Counted from the stretch's first letter, positions 21,745 through 31,034 are shown. The stretch is 54,650 bases of DNA from Methanosarcinales archaeon (GCA_030611045.1 JAUWQN010000002.1:1-54650); one strand, 5' to 3'. The notes: generated from the letters alone by a model not told the origin. Program-made: numbers and translations.

Positions 21745-24126
21745 ATGAAAAGTTCTTTTGGTAAAGCTTTTCTTACCAAGAAAAGGTTTGAGGTAGGGAT
21801 ACGGGATGCGAACGATGAAGAATTGACTCGTATAAGTGAAAGTATGGGTCTTTCGCTCAATTTGGAAGAGATGTGCAGGCTAAAGCGATATTTTGCTGCG
21901 AAAAACAGAGAGCCAACGGATGTAGAACTCCAGAGTATTGCACAGGCGTGGTCGGAGCATTGCTGTTACAAGAGTTCGAAAAATGTATTGCAGAAGTTCA
22001 TTTTTGGGATAGAAGCGCCGCAGAATATGTTAGTGATAAAAGAAGATGCGGGCGTCCTGGAATTTGACAAGGACCATGCGTATGTTTTTGCCTTCGAGAG
22101 CCATAACCATCCTTCGGCAATAGAGCCTTACGGTGGTGCAGCAACAGGGATTGGAGGGATAGTCCGGGATGTAATCTGCATGGGCGCGCAGCCTATTGCG
22201 TTGATTGACCCTTTATTCTTCGGCCCGTTGGATTATGGGTATGACCAACTTCCTGCAGAAGTGAAGCATCCGCGGTTTTTGTTTAATGGTGTTGTTGCAG
22301 GGATAAGCGACTACGGGAATCGTATAGGCATTCCAACATGCGCGGGTATGGTTTATTTCGATGAAGGCTACGTGGGCAACTGTGTGGTGAATGTCGGCTG
22401 TGTAGGAATAATGAAGAAGGCTGATTTGAGCAGAAGCATGGCGAAGCACGGTGAAGTGCTTGTCTTGGTTGGCGGGAAGACCGGGCGAGATGGTATACAC
22501 GGAGTTACCTTTGCTTCGGTGGAGCTGACGGGTGAGGAGGAATTCAGAAGCGCAGTTCAATTGGGTGACCCGATAACTAAGGAACCACTCATGCATGCGA
22601 TACTGGAAGCGAACGGGAAGAGGTTGATAAGCGGGATGAAGGATTTTGGTGGCGGTGGCTTGTCCTGCGCGGTGAATGAGATGTGCCATGCAGGTGGATG
22701 CGGTGCTGAGATTCACTTAGAGCGAGTGAAGTTGAAGGAAGAGGGTCTTAGCGCATGGGAGATCTGGGTTTCTGAATCACAGGAACGGTTTTTAATCGCG
22801 GTGGAGCCGGATAACGTGTACGAATTACTGGCAGTATTCGAGAAATGGGATGTAGATGCTGTAGCTATAGGTCAAACAAAACCTTTCTTTAGAGAAGAAA
22901 GCTTTACCAAAGAGAAGAAATATTCGCCTGTTTCACAGATAACGATTTTTTACGATAACGAGAAGATATTTGAGCTGGAGACAGATTTTCTCGTCTCCTG
23001 TCCTGTTTATGTGCGTCCGATGGAGGTGAGGCGGGAGGAAAAAGAGAAGTTCGTGGCGATAGAAGAGCCCGTAGACTATAACGAAACTTTAAAACGGTTG
23101 CTTTCCGCGCCGAATATCGCATCCCGGGAATCGGTTATAAGACAATATGACCATGAAGTGCGGGCTTCTACAGTAATAAAACCGTTGCAAGGGCCAATAG
23201 GAAAAGAGACGCATGGCGATGCCACGGTGATAAAGCCGTTAGAAGACTCTTATAAGGGACTTGCGATTACTTCGGATGTGAATCCGTCCTTTTGTAGAAT
23301 AAATCCGTTTTGGGGCGCTGCAAGCGCGATAGACGAGGTGTGCAGGAATTTGACCGCGGTAGGTGCAACTCCTCATGCGTTTGCCGACTGCTTGAACTTC
23401 GGCAATCCCGAGAAGCCGGACAGGATGGGCGATTTCTATGAATGCTGTCGTGGTCTCGGCTACGTGGCATCCTCGCTTGGAGTGCCGTTTGTAAGCGGGA
23501 ATGTGAGTTTTTATAATGAATCCGCAGCGCTGAAAGAATCTATTCCTCCCACACCCACTATTCTGGGTATCGGGCTATGCGAAGACGTGCGAGAATGCGT
23601 TACGGTGGACGTTAAGGAAGCTGGCAATCCGTTATATATGATAGGCGAAACGAAAGCGGAGCTGGGCGGAAGTGAGTATTGCAAGTTATGGCATGTAGAA
23701 GGCGGAATTGTGCCGAGGACCGATCCAGCGGTGCTGAGCAGGAGTATGCAATCGTTACGGGAGGCGATGAAGATGAGCGTAATAGCGAGTTGTCATGACG
23801 TTTCCGAAGGTGGTCTTGCGGTTGCGGTATGCGAGATGCTATTAGGCGGGGATATTGGCGCTTCTATTAATATTGCAGATGTAAACCCGGAACTGAGAAG
23901 CGATTATAAGTTGTTCTCCGAGTCGAATTCGAGATGGGTGGTGGAGGTGTGTAGAGGAGAAGCAGCAGGAAGGTTTGAGGAGTTGATGAATACACGAGGC
24001 GTTTGTATAAGTAACATAGGTGAGACTTTGGAGGAGAAGCGGATTGGGATTCAAGATAAGAACAAAGAGTTGGTGAATATTTCATTAGAAGAAGTAAGAG
24101 AGGCGTGGTTGGGGACATTTGGTTGA
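21745..24126 (+). CDS. purL: phosphoribosylformylglycinamidine synthase subunit PurL (FGAM synthase II)
   Basis: AQAWSEHCCYKSS, FESHNHPSAIEPYGGAATGIGG and RDGIHGVTFAS, typical of PurL. Confidence 0.95.
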   Translation: MKSSFGKAFLTKKRFEVGIRDANDEELTRISESMGLSLNLEEMCRLKRYFAAKNREPTDVELQSIAQAWSEHCCYKSSKNVLQKFIFGIEAPQNMLVIKEDAGVLEFDKDHAYVFAFESHNHPSAIEPYGGAATGIGGIVRDVICMGAQPIALIDPLFFGPLDYGYDQLPAEVKHPRFLFNGVVAGISDYGNRIGIPTCAGMVYFDEGYVGNCVVNVGCVGIMKKADLSRSMAKHGEVLVLVGGKTGRDGIHGVTFASVELTGEEEFRSAVQLGDPITKEPLMHAILEANGKRLISGMKDFGGGGLSCAVNEMCHAGGCGAEIHLERVKLKEEGLSAWEIWVSESQERFLIAVEPDNVYELLAVFEKWDVDAVAIGQTKPFFREESFTKEKKYSPVSQITIFYDNEKIFELETDFLVSCPVYVRPMEVRREEKEKFVAIEEPVDYNETLKRLLSAPNIASRESVIRQYDHEVRASTVIKPLQGPIGKETHGDATVIKPLEDSYKGLAITSDVNPSFCRINPFWGAASAIDEVCRNLTAVGATPHAFADCLNFGNPEKPDRMGDFYECCRGLGYVASSLGVPFVSGNVSFYNESAALKESIPPTPTILGIGLCEDVRECVTVDVKEAGNPLYMIGETKAELGGSEYCKLWHVEGGIVPRTDPAVLSRSMQSLREAMKMSVIASCHDVSEGGLAVAVCEMLLGGDIGASINIADVNPELRSDYKLFSESNSRWVVEVCRGEAAGRFEELMNTRGVCISNIGETLEEKRIGIQDKNKELVNISLEEVREAWLGTFG

Positions 24127-24133
24127 TATTTCA

Positions 24134-24151
24134 AACCTTTTAGAAAAGGTT
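24134..24151. terminator. perfect palindrome AACCTTTT-AG-AAAAGGTT 8 nt after the purL stop (candidate bidirectional terminator)
   Basis: 8-bp inverted arms were read directly. They give T4 runs on both strands. Confidence 0.35.
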
Positions 24152-24249
24152 CAATACAAAAACAGTGGGTCTGGCCCCTTATGTTGGTTGCAAGGGTTTT
24201 AAGCACGACTTACTCTCTCATATGGTTGGCATAGGAGGTGAGTAGGAAC

Positions 24250-24378
24250 ATGGCATGTACAGCGCAGATGTTCAGCGAAGATGAAGAAGACTTGCTGTGC
24301 ATCTTAAGGAAGAAGCCGCGGCGAAGCGAGTGGCTCGATGTTGAAGAAGACCGGCTGGAAATGGACGAAGAGTTTTAA
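24250..24378 (+). CDS. small acidic ORF (42 aa), hypothetical
   Basis: The ATG is preceded by GGAGGTGA 11 nt upstream. Translation: MACTAQMFSEDEEDLLCILRKKPRRSEWLDVEEDRLEMDEEF. It is too short for the ORF track. Confidence 0.2.
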   Translation: MACTAQMFSEDEEDLLCILRKKPRRSEWLDVEEDRLEMDEEF

Positions 24379-24516
24379 CACGCCATCTACGGAACGGACG
24401 AAGTGCAGTAGATAGAAATTGGACGGAAGAAATTATTCCCACTTTTTTCTTAGAGAATTTTGAAAACCCCCCTGGGTATACAACTTTTTATATGTCCATA
24501 CATATAATTATGTATT

Positions 24517-24699
24517 ATGAAAACTTTAATGGGCCTCTGGCAGAAGGAGGCGTACAAGCGAGTGGAACAGCTTGGCGATCGGCTGGCGGAGATTAAATCG
24601 CTGATTGATTGGGAAGCGTTTCGCCCGATAGTGGGTGATATGTACGATAACAGGAGCGAACGAGGCGGCAGACCAAAAATCGATGAGGTGGGAAATTAG
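24517..24699 (+). mobile_element. N-terminal remnant of an IS5-family transposase
   Basis: IKSLIDWEAFRPIVGDMYDNRSERGGRPKIDEV matches the conserved N-terminal (InsH/DUF772-like) region. It terminates after 60 aa and has no DDE domain. Confidence 0.55.
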
Positions 24700-24829
24700 C
24701 CTGTTTGGGAGCGAAAAAGTCGCAAAATGAGTGTCAAACGTGAAAATATGAACAAAATGTTTTACCTATTTCTTAAAAACCAAAGTTAATCAAAATTCTC
24801 CTAACTTAAACGTGGTGAGGTAAATAAAA

Positions 24830-26968
24830 ATGGCCCAAAACTCTCCAAACCCAAAAGAGCCCCTAACCATTTTAACCACCGTGTTCAATCACCAATCTTT
24901 TCGGTCAAAGCAAAAAGAGATAATTGACAATGTTTTATCTCAAAAGAACACGCTTGCTATTTTACCCACGGGAGCCGGAAAGTCCCTATGTTTTCAAATA
25001 CCTGCATTGATATTTGATGGTCTGACAGTTGTTGTAAGTCCGTTAATCGCATTGATGAAAGACCAGGTGGACAATCTGGAGAAGAAAGGTGTACTTGACG
25101 TGGCGTATATCAATTCCATGCGGGATTCGAGTTCAAAAGAGCGCATCTACAAGCAATTAAAAGAATCAAAATTGAAGATGTTGTATGTCGCTCCGGAAAC
25201 ATTCGTAGATAACAAATTGATGAGTATATTGAAGTCGTGTAACATCAGCTTGATAGCAATTGACGAAGTGCATTGCATTTCTATCTGGGGTCATAACTTC
25301 AGACCAGATTATTTACGACTGCGACAGGTGATAATGGCATTAAGCACTCCACCCCCACCTATCCTTGGATTGACTGCTACAGCCACTGAAAAAGTCGAAG
25401 AGGACATACAAAGACAATTGGACGTCGAATGTGATGTATTTAAAGACCGTTTTGACAGGAAAAATCTGTTATTTTCCGTGCTCACTTTGAAAAGTAATAT
25501 CAAAAAAGAAGAACTCCTTAAAGGCTTATTAGAAAGACTTAAAGGTTCGACTATTGTCTACGTCAATTTTATAAGGACAGCAGAGGAACTGGCCACATAT
25601 TTAGCCCGTGAGGGGTTGAGTGCATCCTATTACCACGGTCAAATAGAGGATAAGGAGAAAAGAAGGGAGATTCAAAATGATTTTATAAGCGGGAGAACGA
25701 GAATCGTGGTTGCTACAAATGCATTCGGGATGGGCATTGATAAAGAGGACATAAGGGCAATAATCCATTACAACTTGCCCAAATCAATCGAGAATTATTA
25801 TCAGGAGGTGGGTCGTGCCGGGCGAGATCAAAATATCTCGAATTGCATTTTGCTCTACTCTGAAGGAGATGAGATAAAAATAAGAAAACTGATTGAACGA
25901 ACTACCCCTACTGTTAAACAAATTAAAGCGGTGCTTGATTTGTTGGTGGCAGAGAAGGGTGAGGGGAAATTAATTCATGTAAATATAAAGCGGTTGGCAA
26001 ACGATTTGAAGTTGGATGAAGTTCCCATCAGATTGATTTTATATCACCTTGAGAGGTTTGGTGCGATAAAAACATCTTTTAAGATTTTCAAGCGCGCGAA
26101 AATAAGATTGATTGACTCTAAAGTTGAATCAAGCGAATATGGGCAGGAAACAGAGGGGATAATCAGGAGTGAGTATTTCAAAGAGAATTTAAACGGCTGG
26201 ATGGATTTGGAAGAGCTGAGCAATTCTGTTCAAATATCTATTCAGAAAACAAACAATATTTTGCGGGGATTGAAAGCCGAAGGAAAGATAGAACTTATAG
26301 AAAGAGATGTTTGCACGCCGATAAAAATTAATCATGAGATAAACGAGATTGGTGCAGGTAAAATTCATGATATCTTTTGGAGGTTGGAAGAAAGTAGCAT
26401 GAATAAGATCGGTAAAGTGGTGGAATATGCGCGAAGCGAAGAGTGCAAAAGGAAGTTTGTTCTGAATTATTTCGGTGAAGAGTATAATGGAGAGTGCAAT
26501 GCGTGCAGTGTTTGCAATCCGTTTTTGAAAATTGGCGAAGGTATCAAAGCAAAAGAGGAACTTGAAGACAGTTTAAGAGATAAGTCGGACAAATCCACTA
26601 AAATTGCCCCCAATATTTTCGAGTTGCTGAAAGATTTGGATTTTCATCCGGGCAGAACGTTTTTAGCCAATATATTGCGGGGTTCGAAATCAAAGCAGAT
26701 AATAAATCAAAATCTTCAAGAATCAAGGTACTACGGTATCCTAAAAGATTGTACGGCAGATGAAGTGATTGATATTATTGACCAGTTGATAGAGAAAGGA
26801 TATTTGATAAAAAAGCAGGGCAGTTCAAATTTCCCAAGACCTTTGTTATATCTTACAGAATTGGCAGAAAAGGCGTTGGAAGAAAAAATACCTGTCGATT
26901 TGCGGTTGCCTGCGAAAAAGAAGATTAGTGAAACTAAGAATTTGAGCGTGCTTGACGAGACGAGTTGA
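24830..26968 (+). CDS. recQ: RecQ-family ATP-dependent DNA helicase (HRDC domain displaced to another frame)
   Basis: LPTGAGKSLCFQIPAL, AIDEVHCISIWGHNFRPDY, ATNAFGMGIDKEDIR, QEVGRAGRD, Zn module CKRKFVLNYFGEEYNGECNACSVCNP and an RQC-like winged helix. An insert of about 170 aa sits between the helicase core and the Zn module. Confidence 0.9.
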   Translation: MAQNSPNPKEPLTILTTVFNHQSFRSKQKEIIDNVLSQKNTLAILPTGAGKSLCFQIPALIFDGLTVVVSPLIALMKDQVDNLEKKGVLDVAYINSMRDSSSKERIYKQLKESKLKMLYVAPETFVDNKLMSILKSCNISLIAIDEVHCISIWGHNFRPDYLRLRQVIMALSTPPPPILGLTATATEKVEEDIQRQLDVECDVFKDRFDRKNLLFSVLTLKSNIKKEELLKGLLERLKGSTIVYVNFIRTAEELATYLAREGLSASYYHGQIEDKEKRREIQNDFISGRTRIVVATNAFGMGIDKEDIRAIIHYNLPKSIENYYQEVGRAGRDQNISNCILLYSEGDEIKIRKLIERTTPTVKQIKAVLDLLVAEKGEGKLIHVNIKRLANDLKLDEVPIRLILYHLERFGAIKTSFKIFKRAKIRLIDSKVESSEYGQETEGIIRSEYFKENLNGWMDLEELSNSVQISIQKTNNILRGLKAEGKIELIERDVCTPIKINHEINEIGAGKIHDIFWRLEESSMNKIGKVVEYARSEECKRKFVLNYFGEEYNGECNACSVCNPFLKIGEGIKAKEELEDSLRDKSDKSTKIAPNIFELLKDLDFHPGRTFLANILRGSKSKQIINQNLQESRYYGILKDCTADEVIDIIDQLIEKGYLIKKQGSSNFPRPLLYLTELAEKALEEKIPVDLRLPAKKKISETKNLSVLDETS

Positions 26969-27159
26969 AGAAGTGGCGAAAAAATGTCGCTTCTGAGGGA
27001 AATATCCCCGCGTTCTGCGTCTTTCACGATAGCACGTTAATAGATATAGCTAATCAATTACCGAAGACAAAGAAGGAGTTGGAGGGGATTAAAGGAATAG
27101 GTGAAAAGAAGATTGAATCTTATGGTGATGAAATATTAAAAATTATAGGTAATAGGTAA
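26956..27159 (+). pseudogene. recQ: HRDC domain segment of recQ in the -1 frame (frameshifted or split gene)
   Basis: ELKKWRKNVASEGNIPAFCVFHDSTLIDIANQLPKTKKELEGIKGIGEKKIESYGDEILKII is a canonical HRDC sequence. This frame is open only from 26956, and the recQ frame stops at 26966-26968. Confidence 0.7.
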
Positions 27160-27164
27160 GTATA

Positions 27165-27842
27165 ATGTCTTCGAACTCCAAATCTAAAACGAAGAAACAA
27201 CAAATGAGGACGGTTGGAATTTTGAGAAAATAGTTAAAGAAGGTGGCTGGGATTATTTTATAAAGGGCAAGAAGTTGTTCTCAAAATATAGAGATGATTT
27301 CTCTCCTGAGCATGTAAAAGAAATTGAAACGAGTTTTAGAAAAGCAATAGAGTTAAATCCAAGATTATGGGCGCCACATTATTATTTAGGTGAATTATTT
27401 TATTTAAGAGAGCGATATTCTGAGGCAAAAATAGAATTTGAGATAGCCCTTGAGAAGAATATTGAACAATGAGTACGGAGAGGAATGGTGGTGGGAAGGA
27501 GTTCCAAGTGATGTGAGGGAGAAATATGGAGAAATAGTTCAAGAAACTCGTTTAAAAGAGGAAAGGAAACTGCCAGAATTGTACTTTATTGATTTTTATG
27601 ATTATGGAAAGATTATCGAAGCAAAACCTAATAAACGAGTATTCCGTTCTTATATGGGAAATCCTAAAGAGTGGAAGAAGAGATTAGACGATTTGGAACC
27701 AATTCGTAATACGATAACGATAATGCATTGCAGAAGTCAATATCTCGCTGAGGAAACAATATCAAGACTGAAAGAAAGTTGTGTTGAACTACAAAAATTG
27801 GTGGAGATAGTTAATAAAATATCCAAACAATTTTTATCTTAA
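27165..27842 (+). pseudogene. TPR-like / Swt1-like HEPN domain gene disrupted by two frameshifts
   Basis: ATG 27165 opens a frame that stops at 27231. The next frame is open 27188-27472 (TPR-like) and the third 27447-27842. The third reads YGEEWWWEGVPSDVREK...IRNTITIMH, a Swt1-type HEPN pattern. Deleting one C in GCCC (27446-27449) joins ...EFEIAL to RRILNNEYGEEWWW. Confidence 0.5.
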
Positions 27843-27961
27843 AGCGGAAGATACATCGCAAAGCGGTCCTCTCCATTATAAAGCCACGAAAAACAAACCT
27901 CCGCTTAAACGAAAGACTTACTTTTTATCTTCTCCCCACCACCATAATATTATTAACAAAA

Positions 27962-29524
27962 ATGCACTGGTCTTTAGCAATCGCACAGGACATCGTAGAG
28001 AAACGGAAAGAGAAAAAGCATGTTGTTGCTACTGGCATTACACCTTCGGGTGACATTCATGTGGGTAACCTGCGAGAGATAATAACGGGAGATGTAGTGT
28101 ACTCCGCGCTCATAGATATGGGCGTGGACGCGCGACTCATTTATATTGCAGACACGTTTGACCCACTCAGGAGAAGATACCCGTTCCTGCCTCCAGAATA
28201 CGAAGCGCACGTAGGCAAACCATTATCAGAGATACCTGACCCCGAAGGAGGTCGCTCATCCTATGCGGACCACTTTGTACAGCCGTTCCTCGATTCTCTG
28301 GACAATTTAGGCATACAAATCGAAGTTTTTAGAGCGGATGTGCTGTACAAGTCCGGGCTGTACGTGGACGTGATAAAGGAAGCGCTATCGAGAAAGGAAG
28401 AGTTGTCAAGGATCATAGCGGATGTTTCTGGCAGGGAACTGCCAGAAGAATGGACGCCGTTCAACCCTCTCTGTGACGCGTGTGGCAGAATCACAGCCGC
28501 AATGGTAAAGGGCTACGATGTAGATAAGGAGGAAGTGTATTACGAGTGTGAATGTGGGAACAAGGGTGTGGCTTCGTTTAAAGGCGGTGGTAAATTGGCG
28601 TGGCGAGTGGACTGGGCAGCGCGATGGAAAATCCTCGGCGTCACCATCGAGCCGTTTGGCAAAGATCACGCCTCCCCTGGTGGCTCCTTTGACACGGGCA
28701 CGCGGATATCCGAAGGGATATACAATTACCCCGCGCCGTATCCTATCCCCTTTGAGCATATTCTCTTAAAGCTGAGTAAAGAAGGGACGAAGGCGAAAGT
28801 TACCGCTATGTCCTCATCTCGAGGGACCAATATTCCGGTGCATGAGATGTTAGAGGCAGTGCCGCCCGAAATTTTAAAGCATGTCATATCGAGGGTGAGG
28901 CCAGAAAAGCATATTGCCTTCAATCCTTCGTTACCGTTACTCAACTTGGTAGATGAATATGAGCGTGAGATCGGTGGTATAGGGGGCGGTATTGCGGGGA
29001 AAATCCCGTTCAGGCATCTTATCACCCTTGTGCAAGTTGCACCTGTCGGTTCGGAGGAGTTTCTCAAGGTTATTAAAAGAAGCGGATATGCAGTTAATGA
29101 AGAGAACGAAGAAGAACTAAAGGAGATAAGGAAGAAAGCACGGTATGCAGAGAATTGGCTGCGGACCTATGCGCCTCCGCACGTAAAGTTCGAAGTGCAA
29201 TCAGCGTTACCGGCAGAGGAACTAAAAAACTTGTCTGAGTCGCAAAAAAACGCGTTGAAGCTCTTGGAACAGAAATTACCTTTGCGTATGTCCACAACCC
29301 GTGGAATGTTATCCGCGGCGATGCTCGAGAACTTAAGTGCTGAAGATTGGCATAATAAAATCTACGAAGTTGCATCCACACTCAACGTGGACGTGAAGGA
29401 TGTGTTCAGAGCGATTTATATCGCATTATTGGGGCAGCCATCGGGACCTCGTGCAGGTTGGCTACTCGGTTCTTTGGGCCCAAATTTTTTAAGAAAGCGG
29501 TTTGAAGAGGTGGGAGAACTGTAA
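27962..29524 (+). CDS. lysK: lysine--tRNA ligase, class I
   Basis: ATGITPSGDIHVGNLREI (HIGH-like) and KVTAMSSSRGTNI (KMSKS-like), typical of class I LysRS. Confidence 0.95.
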   Translation: MHWSLAIAQDIVEKRKEKKHVVATGITPSGDIHVGNLREIITGDVVYSALIDMGVDARLIYIADTFDPLRRRYPFLPPEYEAHVGKPLSEIPDPEGGRSSYADHFVQPFLDSLDNLGIQIEVFRADVLYKSGLYVDVIKEALSRKEELSRIIADVSGRELPEEWTPFNPLCDACGRITAAMVKGYDVDKEEVYYECECGNKGVASFKGGGKLAWRVDWAARWKILGVTIEPFGKDHASPGGSFDTGTRISEGIYNYPAPYPIPFEHILLKLSKEGTKAKVTAMSSSRGTNIPVHEMLEAVPPEILKHVISRVRPEKHIAFNPSLPLLNLVDEYEREIGGIGGGIAGKIPFRHLITLVQVAPVGSEEFLKVIKRSGYAVNEENEEELKEIRKKARYAENWLRTYAPPHVKFEVQSALPAEELKNLSESQKNALKLLEQKLPLRMSTTRGMLSAAMLENLSAEDWHNKIYEVASTLNVDVKDVFRAIYIALLGQPSGPRAGWLLGSLGPNFLRKRFEEVGEL

Positions 29525-29563
29525 AAACTATTTTCTCACAGATTCACCCATTTCTTACGGGGA

Positions 29564-29731
29564 TTAAAATGCGCTTCGTAATGCGTCTATCCAATAACGT
29601 ACGAAACCACCGATAAAACTCCCTATTTGACTCGCAGACATATCCTCTGGAATAGGCGCATTACCAGAAAGAATGGGCAGCAGGAAGAAAAGTGCAATCA
29701 CCACCACTACGATTATCGCCGCTATTTTCAC
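29564..29731 (-). CDS. small membrane protein (55 aa), hypothetical
   Basis: Hand translated: VKIAAIIVVVVIALFFLLPILSGNAPIPEDMSASQIGSFIGGFVRYWIDALRSAF. The GTG start is preceded by AGGAGGTGA. It lies downstream of, and on the same strand as, 29848..30516. Confidence 0.3.
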   Translation of the reverse strand: MKIAAIIVVVVIALFFLLPILSGNAPIPEDMSASQIGSFIGGFVRYWIDALRSAF

Positions 29732-29847
29732 CTTTCTGTTTCACCTCCTTTTACTTCTTTTACACAACAGAATAAAGTCATCCTCCATTCGTATCCTCAT
29801 TCTTTTTTATTATAATAAAAAGCTATCAGGGGCAACCGTGAATTTAA

Positions 29848-30516
29848 CTATAGTCCCTTGGAGTTGACATTGCTTGCCTCGCTATTGGCAGTTTTAACGA
29901 ATAAAAGCGGAAAAATTATGTCGCTTAGACAGCACGGAAGCCAGACTGCGAGGAATAAAAACACCCCTATAAAGAAGAGAATAATCCAATTTACCGTCGT
30001 ACCCAATGCCATAATTATATGGAATGCCGATGCCCAGGTGCTCAGCAACACGTGTCCGGCATGTGGGAACCTGGTTGCAGGTCTCCAGTAAGCGATTGCA
30101 ATACCAAGAAAGGCAAGCGGGTTTACAAGCCACCACTTCTCGATAAAACCTATATGTAGTCCGGGATTGGGTAACTGAAGTAAGATTTCCCCCGCATAGG
30201 GAACGAGTGAATCGCTTATCGTCGCTATGCCGATGGCGCCGATGTAACCGATTAAAATTACCGACACGCCTTTGCCTTTATGTAGCCTGTACATCCCCGC
30301 AGTAACGAGCGCACTCAACACGACATGCATCGGATGAAGGGTATAGAAAATCGTTTCCGCAACATTGTGAGGGAGGCGAACCGCAAAAAACACGATAACA
30401 ATTCCGGTAATGGCGCCGAAAGCTGTGAACGGCGCATGCCTTATTAACTCCTGGGTAATGAGCTTCGATGTGTTGTTATGTTCCTGCGTTCCGAACGCAT
30501 CATCACTATGCCCCAT
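29848..30516 (-). CDS. 6-TM His/Cys-rich membrane protein, candidate metal (Ni?) transporter of unrecognised family
   Basis: His-containing N-terminus (MGHSDDAFGTQEH), intramembrane HPMH, HAGH...FH and a CC pair. It is divergent from nikR across a 134-nt gap. Confidence 0.6.
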   Translation of the reverse strand: MGHSDDAFGTQEHNNTSKLITQELIRHAPFTAFGAITGIVIVFFAVRLPHNVAETIFYTLHPMHVVLSALVTAGMYRLHKGKGVSVILIGYIGAIGIATISDSLVPYAGEILLQLPNPGLHIGFIEKWWLVNPLAFLGIAIAYWRPATRFPHAGHVLLSTWASAFHIIMALGTTVNWIILFFIGVFLFLAVWLPCCLSDIIFPLLFVKTANSEASNVNSKGL

Positions 30517-30650
30517 CTACCTCAACTCTCCTGATTTTCTGATTCCACTATACCATACTTCTAAGGATTATTAACATTTAAATGATTTGTTATTATATTT
30601 CATGGGGGTATTTTAAAACCTGTTATTAAAACATATTTGGGAGGAGGGAA

Positions 30651-31034
30651 ATGACAATCATCAGCGTTTCGTTGAACGATGGACTGTTAGAGGAGATAGA
30701 TCAGCTACAAAAAGAACTCGGGTTCTCCGGACGGTCAGAAGTGATAAGAGCAGGCGCACGAATGCTTATTGCGGATAGCAAAGAGAAGGAGAGGTTGGAA
30801 GGCAGGTTGAATTCCGTGCTCTTGCTCATTCATACGCAGAAGGTGGAGGATACGGTGACTGCAATCAAGCACGGTTTTGAGGATATCATAAGCACGCAGA
30901 TTCACAACCATCTGCGAGGGGATAAATGCCTCGAAGTGTTCATTTTGGTGGGTGACGCTGCTCGGATAAAGGAATTGGTTAGATTGTTTCAGACCACCGG
31001 AAAAATGGATTACGTGAAGTTGATTGTGGCTTGA
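30651..31034 (+). CDS. nikR: nickel-responsive regulator NikR (CopG/RHH plus ACT-like metal-binding domain)
   Basis: The RHH N-terminus is [36 protein letters not shown]. The C-domain HNHLRGDKC keeps the H-x-H-x5-C spacing of the high-affinity Ni site. Confidence 0.85.
   Translation: MTIISVSLNDGLLEEIDQLQKELGFSGRSEVIRAGARMLIADSKEKERLEGRLNSVLLLIHTQKVEDTVTAIKHGFEDIISTQIHNHLRGDKCLEVFILVGDAARIKELVRLFQTTGKMDYVKLIVA

Noticed and set aside
29627-29867. Plus-strand ORFs 29627-29815 and 29673-29867.
   Set aside because: Their translations are low-complexity with no RBS. The reverse strand carries a better small TM ORF with a strong Shine-Dalgarno site (29564-29731) and the start of 29848-30516.
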